Position numbers and translations under genes: made by a program. This document shows, one piece after another, positions 29,581-40,539 of a DNA stretch of 64,000 bases. The notes below the pieces were generated by a model. It made no database searches. It had not been told where the DNA came from and saw only the letters and a list, made by a program, of their open reading frames with translations. Numbering within the stretch: position 1 is the stretch's first letter; each line of letters starts with the position of its first letter. This stretch comes from Nitrosopumilus sp. (GTDB taxonomy: Archaea; Thermoproteota; Nitrososphaeria; Nitrososphaerales; Nitrosopumilaceae): NCBI GenBank assembly GCA_965205215.1, contig OZ242041.1, forward strand, positions 1,120,001 through 1,184,000. The letters are read 5' to 3'.

Positions 29581-30750
29581 GTGAATTTTACGGGATTTGA
29601 ACTGGACCAGCTGCTCGGGATGGGAGAGGAGTCAAACCCGCTGATGATGCTCGTGTGGATACTTCCCGTAATACTCTTCGTGTTTTATGGCCAGAGAATA
29701 CAGCTCTATGTGACGTCAGGCGAGATCAAAAAGGCGATAAAGAAACTTGACGCGTACAGGTCAGAGTCAAGGGATGAGCTGCTCGGGCACCTCAGGGATG
29801 TCACGGGCAGTCAGCAGCAGCAGCAGCAGCGCCGGCCGCCTGACCAGGCCAAACCAGACGAGCTTGCAGGCAAGGTATCCAGGTTCATAGACTATATCAC
29901 GATAATGCCGGTGGACATGGATCCGTCGGGAATAGTGCCAAAGGTAAAGCACGTGATGCGCACAAGGGAGGACGTGACGAGGAGGCAGGTCAGGGCCCTT
30001 GCCCCGGGCGTGGCAGACGAGCTGCAGGCGGCAAGGGTGCAGGTTCTGCTTGAGATTGCGTCCTCGCTGCACATGATACACAAGACAGTCAACCACATGT
30101 TCCTCACCGCAAAAAGGCAGAACAACTATCCGCTCATCCTGCCGCTGCAGATGGCGCTGCCCTTCGTAATGGAGCAGGCCGAGGCCCTCAGGAACGCCAC
30201 CGGGGCGTTCAGGAAGGGGCATCCCGTAGGCGACGGAATCGGGCCCATGATAGTCGGGAGGATGATGCGCGGGCTCAAAAAGGAGGAGGCCGCCCTACAC
30301 ACGGTGCTTGCAAGGGACTCGTACGAGGGGCGCAGCCTGCTGCTGCTAAAGGCGCGCGGCCCCGCCCCCGTGGTCGGAAGGCCCGCAGACGCCATATCCT
30401 ACATCGCGGAGTCGGGGCAGGAGATACATGCCATCATAATGATAGACGCGGCCCTCAAGATGGAGGGTGAGGATTCGGCAAGCGTATCGCACGGGTTTGG
30501 CGCCGCGATAGGGGGGATCGGCACGGAGAGGTACGAGATCGAGGAGTACGCGCTGGGGGCCGGGATACCGATCTTTTCGATAGTGGTAAAAGAGTCCGTA
30601 GAGGAGGCCGTTACCATAATGACAGAGGAGATAGCGCAAAGGGCCGACGAGATTGCAGTCCAGGTGCGCGAGATGATACTCGAGAACGCCGATGAGGGCC
30701 AGACAGTGCTGGTCATCGGGGTCGGAAACACGGCGGGTGTCGCGCAGTGA
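29581..30750 (+). CDS. DUF1512-family protein
   Basis: 'PVGDGIGP', 'IMIDAALKMEGE', 'GAAIGG.G.ER', 'IGVGNT.GVAQ'. Confidence 0.88.
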   Translation: MNFTGFELDQLLGMGEESNPLMMLVWILPVILFVFYGQRIQLYVTSGEIKKAIKKLDAYRSESRDELLGHLRDVTGSQQQQQQRRPPDQAKPDELAGKVSRFIDYITIMPVDMDPSGIVPKVKHVMRTREDVTRRQVRALAPGVADELQAARVQVLLEIASSLHMIHKTVNHMFLTAKRQNNYPLILPLQMALPFVMEQAEALRNATGAFRKGHPVGDGIGPMIVGRMMRGLKKEEAALHTVLARDSYEGRSLLLLKARGPAPVVGRPADAISYIAESGQEIHAIIMIDAALKMEGEDSASVSHGFGAAIGGIGTERYEIEEYALGAGIPIFSIVVKESVEEAVTIMTEEIAQRADEIAVQVREMILENADEGQTVLVIGVGNTAGVAQ

Positions 30751-30941
30751 CATCTGAGCGCGACAGGAAAAAGAAGAGGCTCGTGACGGAGTACACCATA
30801 ACCATATGCCACGGGTGCGGGGCCTCTGGCAAGAGGAGGTTCAGGCACGGCGACGTCGTATTTGAAGACGCGCCCGAGCCCTGCCTCGAATGCGGTGGTG
30901 CCGTAATGATAGACAAGATCTTCGGAGAGATTCTGGAGTGA
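30747..30941 (+). CDS. Small Zn-ribbon protein
   Basis: CHGC...CLEC. GTGA overlap with the DUF1512 stop. Confidence 0.75.
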   Translation: MTSERDRKKKRLVTEYTITICHGCGASGKRRFRHGDVVFEDAPEPCLECGGAVMIDKIFGEILE

Positions 30942-31021
30942 TGCGGGGCCGGCTGCAAGCCGGGTGCAGTGGCAGCAGCAACAGCGGCATCTACAACCGC
31001 GTCAAGGGTGCGGCACCGTGC

Positions 31022-31918
31022 TCAGGGCGCCGCGGTCACCAGCGTCACGCCCTCGTCGGTTGGAATGAACGTGTGCTCTGCCTGCGCCACCCGCTGCCCC
31101 TCGGCCTCTACAAGCACGGGATAGGCCTGGACGGCCTTTTTCTTTACGAGCAGCTCTAGCAGCTTCCTGGCCTCCCCCTCCTCCCATTCGGACGTAAGCC
31201 ACCTGAGCGCGAATGGCAGCGTGTTGAACCTCTCCCAGATGCGGTCAAGCATCCGGTCGGCCTCCTCGCTCTTTGTCCTCTTGCGCGACACGAGCGCAAA
31301 GATGTTCTTTATGCTGCCGTTGCGCACAAAGCCGCCGCCGTCACGCGTCGTGACAAACGGCTCGCACGCGTACGCGGACTGGTCCGACAGCGAGAATCCG
31401 CCGATCGACCATATGTTCGGGATGGTTTTGCCGGCGTGTATCGTATACTGGTCAAGGGAGTGTCCGCTCAGGTTGGCGATGGGCTTGAACCCCATGTCCC
31501 TGATCGACGACTCGATGGTGCGGCCTATGTCGCGCGCCTTTACCCCCGCCTTCATCATGGAGAGGGCCTTTGCGAGGGCCTTTTCGGCCGCACCGACAAG
31601 CGGGTCGTACTCGGGATCATAGCACACGGATACGGCCGTGTCGGCAATGTAGCCGTTGACGTGGGCCCCGAGATCAATCTTTACCAGATCATCGTCCTTT
31701 ATCTCGAGGTCGTCGCCGGGCTCGGCCGTATAATGGGCCGCAATCTCGTTGATGCTGACATTGACTGGAAAGGCGCAGTCCGCGCCGCGTTTTCTGATCT
31801 CGGATTCGACGTACTCGCACAGGTCGTATGCGGTCCGGCCCACCCAGTCGGTGCTGCGCGCAATCTCCCTGACCTCGCCTGCGATCCGGCCCGCCTTTAG
31901 ATAATCCTCGACCTGCAC
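31022..31918 (-). CDS. map: Methionine aminopeptidase type II
   Basis: 'AFPVNVSINEIAAHYT', 'KIDLGAHVNGYIADTA', 'NLSGH', 'AQAEHT'. Confidence 0.96.
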   Translation of the reverse strand: MQVEDYLKAGRIAGEVREIARSTDWVGRTAYDLCEYVESEIRKRGADCAFPVNVSINEIAAHYTAEPGDDLEIKDDDLVKIDLGAHVNGYIADTAVSVCYDPEYDPLVGAAEKALAKALSMMKAGVKARDIGRTIESSIRDMGFKPIANLSGHSLDQYTIHAGKTIPNIWSIGGFSLSDQSAYACEPFVTTRDGGGFVRNGSIKNIFALVSRKRTKSEEADRMLDRIWERFNTLPFALRWLTSEWEEGEARKLLELLVKKKAVQAYPVLVEAEGQRVAQAEHTFIPTDEGVTLVTAAP

Positions 31919-32056
31919 AGCGCGACGGACGGGACGCGCACTTAAAACGATTGGCAATGGGGCCGCCTGCGTCCGGCGCGGCCGCGGTGCGCGCGGCGTG
32001 CCTGAAGGGGCCCGATGTCATGCTTAAATTGGGTCTGGCAAGAATGCGCAAATACT

Positions 32057-32130
32057 GGGATCGTGGTCTAGCTTGGTATGATTCTGCGTTTGGGACGCAG
32101 GGGTCGCAGGTTCAAATCCTGCCGGTCCCA
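32057..32130 (+). tRNA. tRNA-Pro(TGG)
   Basis: Acceptor GGGATCG/CGGTCCC+A. Anticodon arm CTGCG-TT-TGG-GA-CGCAG. T arm GCAGG-TTCAAAT-CCTGC. Confidence 0.96.
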
Positions 32131-32374
32131 TTTTGCCATACATTACATTGCCGCTGCCATACGCCGCCGCTGCCCTTGCCATACGCCGCAGCTTTCGCGC
32201 CGCGCCGCTGCGTATGGGGAGCCGGCCTCCCCCCCAGCGCATCCATACTTTTATCACATGTAAGAACGCCACTAGCCGCGCCGGGCAATGAGGACGAGTT
32301 AGAGTATTGACAGATGAGATGACTCAATTGCCGAGCTCGGCATCATTTTTACAAGCGCAGGTTCGGCACACGGC

Positions 32375-32638
32375 ATGGAGTTTGGCAGGCGCGACATCCT
32401 ACTAGTGGCCGGGCTGGTGCTGTTTATGATAGGGCTGATTCCGTTCATGGCGCCCGTGTACGCGGCTGTCATAGTCATAGCAATGTACTTTGGCATCAAG
32501 GTGTTCGTTGCAAGGCGCAACCAGGCCGTCCGCGACGACCTGGGCCCGGAGGGCATATGCATGGAATGCGGCGGGAGCATATCGGGCGGGAGGTGTCCTG
32601 ACTGCGACGCCGCCGGTGCGGAACGGCCTGCTGCATGA
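32375..32638 (+). CDS. Small membrane protein with C-terminal Zn ribbon
   Basis: Two TM helices followed by CMEC..CPDC. TTTTTA box upstream. Confidence 0.75.
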   Translation: MEFGRRDILLVAGLVLFMIGLIPFMAPVYAAVIVIAMYFGIKVFVARRNQAVRDDLGPEGICMECGGSISGGRCPDCDAAGAERPAA

Positions 32639-32817
32639 CGGCGCCTCGGCGGCGCCCGTGACTCGCCGTTGCATGGCCGGGGACGTCGGGCTTGCGCGTG
32701 AAGAACATCTTTTTGGCCTGAGGGTTGGGCACGTCTGGCCAAGTACATACTATTTAACAACTAGCTCAAATTCGACCAAGTCCAACTATAAAAGCAAAGT
32801 GCGCTACAACCATACGT

Positions 32818-35800
32818 ATGACATTAAATACGCAGGCCGCGCAGACGTGCGGCTCGCGCAGCAGGCGGGGCTGCCGCGCCAAGACGAGCGGGAGCGGCGC
32901 GAGGATCCTGCTGCCTGCCCCAAGCGTGATTATGATTATGGCAGTGGCGGCAACGGTGGCCCTGGCAGCAACGGCCGTAGCGGCCCTGACATACGACGCG
33001 CAGGAGCCGCACGAGGCCATCCGGGAGACCTTGGACGTGAGCCGCGCCGCGTACGCGCAGGGCGTCGCGGGCGTCGCCGGGCACGTGGTGATAAACGAGA
33101 TAGACACAAACCCGCCCGGCAGCGACACGGCAAACGTCGCAGAGTGGGTGGAGCTGTACAACCCCACGTCCGAAGCAGTCGAGATAGGCGGATGGCAGAT
33201 ATCCTCCACCACGGGACTCAGGAAGGCCATGACAATACCGGAGGGGACCAGCATAAAGCCGGGCCAGTACCTGACGTACACGTACGAGCGAATATGGTTT
33301 GCAGACGTGGGCGAGACGGCGGAGCTGCGCGACGGCGACGGCACCGTAATACACAGCACTCCGAGAATTTCCGATACGGCAGACGACTCAAAGTCGTGGC
33401 AGCTCCTATACGACGGGTACTCGTCTGGCGACAGCGCCCTGGACTGGAGGCTCCACACGTCGACGCCGGGGTCCTCAAACGGCAAGATTCCGCAGGCGGG
33501 ATCCGCGGAGCAGCTTACAATCACGCTGTCCACGGACCGCGAGTCGTACAGCTTTGGCCAGACTGCCACCATAAACGGCGCCGTCTCGGAGAGGAGGTAC
33601 ATCGAAAAGCCGTTCTTCACGACAGAGTCGGTCACGCTTGAGATAAGCGGGCCCGGTTACAGCGAGACGGTCACGATGTACCCCGATGCGAACCTCGAGT
33701 TCTCGACCCTGCTCATACTGCAGCAGGTGCGCGGGATCCAGGGCGGCACGTACGAGTTGTCGGCCCAGTATTCCGGAGCGTCCGCGTCGGCCTCCTTTGA
33801 GGTGGGGTACGAGGAGGTGGAAGGCGCGGCGCCCCTAGACGACAGCATTACGATAACTGTAGACAGCACGACGTACACCCCCGGGCAGGAGGTCGTCGTG
33901 TCCGGCACCGTCAAGAGGGCCGTCCAGTTCGCCACGTTTGACGTTACGGTCGTGGGCCCCGACGGCAGTATAATATCGACCGGAAGCCTCGGCCCCGTAA
34001 ACGGCAGGGTCGGGACGTCCTTTTTGCTCAGCGCGGTGAACCCCGCGTACGGCACGCACACCATACACGCCTCGTACGCCGGCAAGAGCGCCACCGCCTC
34101 ATTTGAGGTCGTCGCCGAGCAGCGGGTGTCTGAGCGCATAACGCTGACATCCGACAGTCCCGCATACGAGCCGGGCCAGTCGGCAGTGATAAGCGGCAAG
34201 ATCAACAACGTCTGGGCCGCCGCGCTAGACCTGAAGATCGTGCAGACGCGGCAGGGCTCCGTGCCCGACAGCAGCACGGGCAGCCACACCGGATTCAAGA
34301 GGGGGGAGCTGCTGCACGTGGCAGGCGACGGCTCCTTCGAGTACACGTTCCACATACCAAACAGCACGCAGAGGCTCGGGGACTACTGGGTTACGGTTGC
34401 AGGCGGCGGCGGGACGGCGGGAATAGTGATATCGGTAGTCGAGGACGCCGACTCGTTCGTGGCAGTCAGCGGCCCGCTCACCATCACGACGGGCAGCCCC
34501 GTATACGAGCTCAACGAGCCCATAGTGTTCACGGGATACGCCACGGACGCATACACGGGAACCACCACCGAGTACGCCACCACGTCAGTCAGGATACACA
34601 TAACGGACTCCGACGGGTCGCCGCTGCGCAGCCAGCTGGAGGGAGACGACGTAAGGAGGGGCTTTGGAGGCGGCATGGAATCCACCATATACGAGGCAAT
34701 CGCGGTGCCAGAAGAGTCCGGCAGGTACACCGCGACCATAAACGCGCTGCCGAGCATCTTTGGGGCAGGAAACTACACGGCGGTCGCGACATACAAGGGA
34801 CTCACGGCCACGACGGAGTTCTCCATCTCCGACCAGTACGACATATCGGAGCCGGAGATCACGACGGACAAGGAGGTGTACGGGCTGGGCGAGACCGTGA
34901 CCGTCAACGGGGCCCTGCCGGGAAGCGGCACAAAGCACGTGTCAATCACGCTTACAAAACCCGACGGCTCGACCATACACAGCAGCGCGCCGGTAGTGGG
35001 GCAGCACTTTTCATGGGAGTGGGACGCGCCAAAGGCCGAAAGGAAGCACACGCTCAAGGAGGGCGAGCTGCGCGGCAGCAAGATGACCGTGTTTGGCGCG
35101 TACACGATAAAGATCTCGACCAGCTCGCACAACGACATAGTGTACTTCAAGGTCTCAGAGGACCCCCTCAACGACTCGCTTGCAAAGGAGCCGCTGATCG
35201 TCACCACCTCAAAGGCGCTCTACAAGCCCGGCGACGACCTGGAGGTCTCCGGCATAGTGACGCTGTACGAGCACGGCGGGGATGGCCTCAGGGCGCCGCT
35301 CAGGGTCGCCATAACGGTGAGCCAGGACTCGTTCCCATATACGAAGATCTACGAGGCGTGGGTCTATCCGGACAACGGCGGCGAGTTCTCAAGCGAGTTT
35401 GACCTGCCCCTGGGCGTGTTCAAGGAGGGATCCTACAAGGTCTCGGCCCTGTACGGGCCCGCCAAGACAAGCGTGCTGTTCCGCATGGCAAACGACTACG
35501 TGGTGAGCTCAAGCGATCCCCTCTCCATGAGCGTCTCGACTGACGCCGAGACGTACCATCCCGGCCAGACGGTTACGATATCGGGCGGGCCCAACAAGAT
35601 CATATACGTGGAGGACTACAGGGTCAGCGTGTACAAGACGACGGGCCAGGAGATAGACTGCGGCACGGCGGCCTGCGGCGACCACAGGGGCCCCGTAACA
35701 AAGATCAAGCCCGGCCCCACCGCCTCGTTCGTGCACCACTTTACGATACCGGAGGGCAGCGGCGCGGTAGGCACCTACGAGGTGACGGCCCAGTCGACAA

Positions 35801-36336
35801 ACTGGCTTGAGCGCATAACGTTTGAGGTCGTTGAGGAGCCGCAGCAGCAGCCGCCGCCTCAGGAGGAGGAGACGTCCCCGCCCGTCCCGGAGGTCGTGAT
35901 TACAAAGCACAACAGGCTTCCGGGCTCGGAGTTCGTGATAGACGCGCGAGCAACCGACTCGCTGGTGTTCGGGGACGTGACGCTCGGCGCCAGGCCCGTG
36001 TCCGTGTCCGGCTCCATGATCACGACTGCAGGAGAGGAGCAGTCGGTGAACCTGCAGGTGCTCTCAGAAGACGGGGCCTGCCTGATAGGCCCCTCCGAGT
36101 CCTGCATGATAAGCGGCTCGACTGAGTCCCAGGGCGGGGCGTACGCGACAGTCCAGCTCGAGGACGGGACTCCCCTGAGGGTGGTGTACGGAGGGCCCGA
36201 CAAGAGGCTCGAATACTTTGCCATACATACCGGGGCCGGGGAGGACTATCTGCCTGACATGACGTGGACCGTAAACGTACTCAAGGACGACCAGGTGTCC
36301 AGGTTCTACTACAAGGTCGCGTACAAGGTAGACTGA
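32818..36336 (+). CDS. Large secreted protein with lamin-tail domain and Ig-like repeats
   Basis: 'VVINEIDTNPPG...EWVELYNPT...IGGW' (LTD) and repeated 'TDK..Y..G.TV.I.G' units. Start uncertain. Confidence 0.88.
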   Translation: MTLNTQAAQTCGSRSRRGCRAKTSGSGARILLPAPSVIMIMAVAATVALAATAVAALTYDAQEPHEAIRETLDVSRAAYAQGVAGVAGHVVINEIDTNPPGSDTANVAEWVELYNPTSEAVEIGGWQISSTTGLRKAMTIPEGTSIKPGQYLTYTYERIWFADVGETAELRDGDGTVIHSTPRISDTADDSKSWQLLYDGYSSGDSALDWRLHTSTPGSSNGKIPQAGSAEQLTITLSTDRESYSFGQTATINGAVSERRYIEKPFFTTESVTLEISGPGYSETVTMYPDANLEFSTLLILQQVRGIQGGTYELSAQYSGASASASFEVGYEEVEGAAPLDDSITITVDSTTYTPGQEVVVSGTVKRAVQFATFDVTVVGPDGSIISTGSLGPVNGRVGTSFLLSAVNPAYGTHTIHASYAGKSATASFEVVAEQRVSERITLTSDSPAYEPGQSAVISGKINNVWAAALDLKIVQTRQGSVPDSSTGSHTGFKRGELLHVAGDGSFEYTFHIPNSTQRLGDYWVTVAGGGGTAGIVISVVEDADSFVAVSGPLTITTGSPVYELNEPIVFTGYATDAYTGTTTEYATTSVRIHITDSDGSPLRSQLEGDDVRRGFGGGMESTIYEAIAVPEESGRYTATINALPSIFGAGNYTAVATYKGLTATTEFSISDQYDISEPEITTDKEVYGLGETVTVNGALPGSGTKHVSITLTKPDGSTIHSSAPVVGQHFSWEWDAPKAERKHTLKEGELRGSKMTVFGAYTIKISTSSHNDIVYFKVSEDPLNDSLAKEPLIVTTSKALYKPGDDLEVSGIVTLYEHGGDGLRAPLRVAITVSQDSFPYTKIYEAWVYPDNGGEFSSEFDLPLGVFKEGSYKVSALYGPAKTSVLFRMANDYVVSSSDPLSMSVSTDAETYHPGQTVTISGGPNKIIYVEDYRVSVYKTTGQEIDCGTAACGDHRGPVTKIKPGPTASFVHHFTIPEGSGAVGTYEVTAQSTNWLERITFEVVEEPQQQPPPQEEETSPPVPEVVITKHNRLPGSEFVIDARATDSLVFGDVTLGARPVSVSGSMITTAGEEQSVNLQVLSEDGACLIGPSESCMISGSTESQGGAYATVQLEDGTPLRVVYGGPDKRLEYFAIHTGAGEDYLPDMTWTVNVLKDDQVSRFYYKVAYKVD

Positions 36337-36469
36337 CCGTGACAGCGGCAGCGGCGGCGACATAGGAGCGACTGCCAGCACCCCCGGCGAATCCGGACCG
36401 GTGCGGGGCTAAGAGGCCGGACCGTGTCGGTTGGCAAACCCTTTTAGGTCAACCTAGCGGTCGCGGGTC

Positions 36470-37651
36470 ATGGGAAACTCTGGCGTGCTTGCCGGCGGCG
36501 TGGTGGGCGCCATAATCGCGGCCTCCGTAATGTTCGTGTTTGTAGTGGGGCCCATGTGGAACGCGGACGGCGGCGACCCGACTGAACCGGCGCCCTTTGT
36601 TACCAACGGCCACGGCGGCGACCTGCAGGTGCTCTCCGAGCATGCCGCCCCGGGCGCAAAGGCGCCTGAATCCTCTCGCGATCTCACGCTCGTGCAGATA
36701 TTTGAAAAGACCGAGCCCGGCGTGGTTCGGATCAACGTGCAGCGCAGCTCGGACGTGGTGGTCAACGACGGCGGCGTCGGTTCGGGATTCGTATACGACA
36801 AGAAGGGGCACATCATGACAAACTCGCACGTGGTGCAGATGGCCGAGAGCATATACGTCACGTTCCTTGACGGCCGCTCATACGTGGCCGAGGTGGTGGG
36901 CGTGGACAAGTTCACCGACATTGCCATACTGCGGGTGGACGTGGATCCCGACCTGCTGCGGCCCCTTGCGTTTGGCGACTCCTCCGGCCTCAGGGTCGGC
37001 GAGCCGATTGCCGCAATCGGGAACCCGTTTGGGCTGTCCGGCTCCATGACGGCTGGAATAGTGAGCCAGGTGGGCAGGCTGCTGCCGTCCGGCTCGGGCT
37101 ACTCGATACCCGACGTGATACAGACCGACGCGGCCATAAACCCGGGCAACTCCGGCGGGCCCCTGCTGAACATGAGGGGCGAGGTCATAGGCATAAACAA
37201 CGCCATACAGTCCACCACGGGCGAGTTTGCGGGGGTCGGGTTCGCGATATCCTCCCAGACCCTGGTAAAGGTCGCCCCCACCCTGATTACAGACGGCTCG
37301 TACGCGCACCCCTGGATCGGGATATCCGGCAGGGACATAGGCCCCGAGACTGCCAGGCTCATGAACCTTGAGGAGACAGTCGGGTTCCTCGTAGTGGACA
37401 TAATCGGCGGCAGCCCCGCCGACGAGGCCGGGCTGATGCCGTCTGAGGATACCGTGGTGATACGCGGCGAGGAGCTGAGGATAGGCGGGGATGTCATACT
37501 TGGAATAGACGGCCAGGACGTCAGGAAGATAGACGACATACTGATACACCTGCAGCGCTCAAAGTCGGTGGGCGACACGCTGGAGCTCGACATCCTGCGC
37601 GACGGCCAGATGATGGAGCTGCAGCTGACGTTGCAGCAGAGGCCGGACTGA
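36470..37651 (+). CDS. htrA: HtrA/DegP-like serine protease with PDZ domain
   Basis: 'GSGF', 'TNSHVV', 'DIAIL', 'IQTDAAINPGNSGGPL' and a PDZ domain. Confidence 0.96.
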   Translation: MGNSGVLAGGVVGAIIAASVMFVFVVGPMWNADGGDPTEPAPFVTNGHGGDLQVLSEHAAPGAKAPESSRDLTLVQIFEKTEPGVVRINVQRSSDVVVNDGGVGSGFVYDKKGHIMTNSHVVQMAESIYVTFLDGRSYVAEVVGVDKFTDIAILRVDVDPDLLRPLAFGDSSGLRVGEPIAAIGNPFGLSGSMTAGIVSQVGRLLPSGSGYSIPDVIQTDAAINPGNSGGPLLNMRGEVIGINNAIQSTTGEFAGVGFAISSQTLVKVAPTLITDGSYAHPWIGISGRDIGPETARLMNLEETVGFLVVDIIGGSPADEAGLMPSEDTVVIRGEELRIGGDVILGIDGQDVRKIDDILIHLQRSKSVGDTLELDILRDGQMMELQLTLQQRPD

Positions 37652-37798
37652 TCTTTTCCTAATTGTCGCCTTTGAGTGTACCATGATGGTTCGCGCAGCA
37701 GGCTGCAAACTCTGCTGCGCCGAGGCCGTCGGCCCGTCAATCCTATCGATGCCCGGAACGGTCCGGCCGCGCCATTCCCGTACAAGCATAAATACCTC

Positions 37799-39076
37799 AT
37801 GACTCGAGTCGAACTGTTGAGCAAGCTCGTACCCGGTTCCGAATGCCTCAACGGCGTCCTGGAGGGCGGCAGGGCGGCAGGAGTCACTGAAATGACAGAT
37901 ATCGTGAGCGATGCTGCTGCCGCCTGCTCGGAGTACCGCGGCGCCCGTGACTCGTCCCTCCGTCCTGCAAGCCGCGATCACGATAATGGCGATCCGCGCG
38001 AACTGTTCGCGGCCGCGCGGATACTCCAGTCACGGCACAAGTCCCGTACCGTGACGTTCTCAAAAAAGGCGTTCATCAACGTGATAAACCTGTGCCGCGA
38101 CATCTGCTCCTACTGCACGTACAAGGCCGAGCCGGGGCAGCCAAAGTCCGTGATGATGTCCAGACAGCAGATCGACCTCTCGCTGCAGATGGCAAGGAAG
38201 TACGGGTGCATAGAGGCGCTGCTTGTCACGGGCGAGCGCCCCGAGGAGCGGTACGAGGAGGCCCGCCGGTGGCTCGGCGAGAACGGGTTCGAGTCGACGG
38301 CAGACTGCCTTGCATACGCGTCTAGGAAGGCCCTTGAGCTGGGCCTGTTCCCGCACACCAATGCCGGCAACCTCACGCGGCCCGAGATGGCGGAGCTGCA
38401 GGAAACCAACGTCTCGATGGGCGTGATGCTGGAGACCTCGAGCGGCCGCCTCGCGTCGGAGCCCGGGGGGGCACACTACCTGGCCCCGAGCAAGCGCCCT
38501 GAGGCCAGGATCGCCGTGCTGGAGGACGCAGGCCGGCTCCGCATCCCCATGACCACTGGAATACTGCTCGGGATAGGCGAGACCGTACGCGAGGCCGTCG
38601 AGTCGCTTGGCGTCATACGCGACATACACAGGCGGTACGGGCACATCCAGGAGGTGATAATACAGAACTTTTGGCCAAAGCCGGACACTGCCATGCGCCG
38701 CGCCCCCCCTGCCGACAGGGCCTACTTTATGGCCGTCGTGGCGGCCTGCCGGGTGATGATGCCTGACATGAACATCCAGATTCCCCCGAACCTGTCGCCT
38801 GGCACGTACGGGGAGTTTCTGTCTGTCGGGATAAACGACTGGGGGGGAGTCTCCCCGCTCACCCCGGACTATGTAAACCCGGAGTTTCCGTGGCCCGCGA
38901 TACGGCGCTTGAAGCGGGACACGGAGGCGGCAGGGTACAGGCTCGAGTGCAGGTTCCCGGTGTACCCGGAGTTTGCGCACATGGTGCCCGGACACCTCCG
39001 CGACATGATGTCGCGCGTAGCGCAGGCGGGCGGCGACGGCGGGGCGATGCTTGTAAAAAGGGAACTCTGGGAGTGA
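37799..39076 (+). CDS. cofG: FO synthase subunit 1 (radical SAM)
   Basis: CRDICSYC, 'PHTNAG', 'SMGVMLE', 'IQIPPNL', 'GINDWGGVSP'. Start approximate. Confidence 0.93.
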   Translation: MTRVELLSKLVPGSECLNGVLEGGRAAGVTEMTDIVSDAAAACSEYRGARDSSLRPASRDHDNGDPRELFAAARILQSRHKSRTVTFSKKAFINVINLCRDICSYCTYKAEPGQPKSVMMSRQQIDLSLQMARKYGCIEALLVTGERPEERYEEARRWLGENGFESTADCLAYASRKALELGLFPHTNAGNLTRPEMAELQETNVSMGVMLETSSGRLASEPGGAHYLAPSKRPEARIAVLEDAGRLRIPMTTGILLGIGETVREAVESLGVIRDIHRRYGHIQEVIIQNFWPKPDTAMRRAPPADRAYFMAVVAACRVMMPDMNIQIPPNLSPGTYGEFLSVGINDWGGVSPLTPDYVNPEFPWPAIRRLKRDTEAAGYRLECRFPVYPEFAHMVPGHLRDMMSRVAQAGGDGGAMLVKRELWE

Positions 39077-40539
39077 TGGTGACGATGGCGGCGACAACAA
39101 CAACAGCAACAGCGACGACTGCCACCATACCTGACGAGCGCGCGTCTTCCGGCGCGGCCCCGGAGGGCGGCGACGGCGGCGCGTTCTCCCGCCTCGCAAG
39201 GGGGGCGGACCCGGACATCCGCGACATACTTGAGCGGGCGCTTGCCGAGGAGGAGATATCCGAGCGCGACGCCCGGGCGCTGTACGCCGTGCCTGACACC
39301 GACCTGCACCTGGTGGGGATGGCCGCCGACGAGCTTCGCAGGCGCCGCGTGGGCGACGTGGCCTCGTACGTGGTGAACCGCAACATCAACTTTACAAACG
39401 TCTGCATAAAGCAGTGCGGATTCTGCGCGTTTAGCCGCGACTTTAGGGGGGAGAAGGAGGGGTACATGCTGCCCGTCCATGAGATCGTGAGGCGCGCAAG
39501 GGAGGCGCACGAGCTTGGCGCCACCGAGGTATGCATCCAGGCCGGGCTGCCGCCGGACATGGACGGGGGGCTGTACGAGCAGATATGCCGCGAGATAAAG
39601 CGGGAGGTCCCCGGCATACACATACACGGGTTCTCGCCGGAGGAGATCCTGTACGGGGCGACCCGCTCGGGCGTGCCGGTGGAGGAGTTTCTGGCGCGCG
39701 TCAAAGAGGCCGGGGTGGACACGCTGCCGGGAACGTCGGCCGAGATCCTCGACCAGGAGCTGCGCGACTCGATATCGCCGGGGCGCATAACCGTGAGCGA
39801 CTGGGAGCGCGTGATACGCGGCGCCCACGCGGCGGGCCTCCGGACCACGTCCACCATGATGTTCGGGCACGTCGAGACGATGCGGCAGAGGGTCGCCCAC
39901 ATGGCCCGCATACGGGACATCCAGAGGGAGACCGGCGGGTTCACCGAGTTTGTGCCGCTGAACTTTGTGCACACGGAGGCGCCCATGTACATACGCGGCA
40001 CGCATGACAACATACGCAAGGGGGGCAGCGGGCGCGACGTGCTGCTGACGCACGCCATTGCAAGGATAATGCTCAACAACTACATAGACAACATACAGAT
40101 GTCCTGGGTAAAGGAGGGCCCCGGGATGTCCCAGATTCTGCTCAGGTGGGGCGCAAACGACTTTGGGGGCACGCTGATAAACGAGAGCATATCGACCTCT
40201 GCCGGCTCCGCGTACGGGCAGCTTCTCAGGCCCCGCGAGATACGCCGCATGATCAGGGAGGCCGGGCGCGTCCCGGTCGAGCGCGACACGAGGTACAACG
40301 TACTGCGCAGGTTTGCGCCGTCAGACGACGACGATGATGACGACTGCTATGGTGACTTCCACGGCGGCAACGGAAAGGCCGCCGCCGGACTGCGCAGTGG
40401 TAGCGGCCCCGGCCCCGGCAGTGCAAAATCAGACGGGCTTGACTCTGCCGACGTGTCCTCGTTTGGCTCCTATGCGGAGCTGATAACGATCTCAAAGTTC
40501 CGCTATCAGAACCCGCGCGGCAAAAAGCAGTCGGAGTGA
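39076..40539 (+). CDS. cofH: FO synthase subunit 2 (radical SAM)
   Basis: 'VNRNINFTNVCIKQCGFCAF', 'LPGTSAEIL', 'TMMFGHVE', 'GANDFGGTL..ESIS'. Confidence 0.95.
   Translation: MVTMAATTTTATATTATIPDERASSGAAPEGGDGGAFSRLARGADPDIRDILERALAEEEISERDARALYAVPDTDLHLVGMAADELRRRRVGDVASYVVNRNINFTNVCIKQCGFCAFSRDFRGEKEGYMLPVHEIVRRAREAHELGATEVCIQAGLPPDMDGGLYEQICREIKREVPGIHIHGFSPEEILYGATRSGVPVEEFLARVKEAGVDTLPGTSAEILDQELRDSISPGRITVSDWERVIRGAHAAGLRTTSTMMFGHVETMRQRVAHMARIRDIQRETGGFTEFVPLNFVHTEAPMYIRGTHDNIRKGGSGRDVLLTHAIARIMLNNYIDNIQMSWVKEGPGMSQILLRWGANDFGGTLINESISTSAGSAYGQLLRPREIRRMIREAGRVPVERDTRYNVLRRFAPSDDDDDDDCYGDFHGGNGKAAAGLRSGSGPGPGSAKSDGLDSADVSSFGSYAELITISKFRYQNPRGKKQSE

Noticed and set aside
32057-32130. 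tRNA-Pro as an integration site
   Set aside because: No integrase or duplicated 3' end nearby, and the flanks look like core genes.
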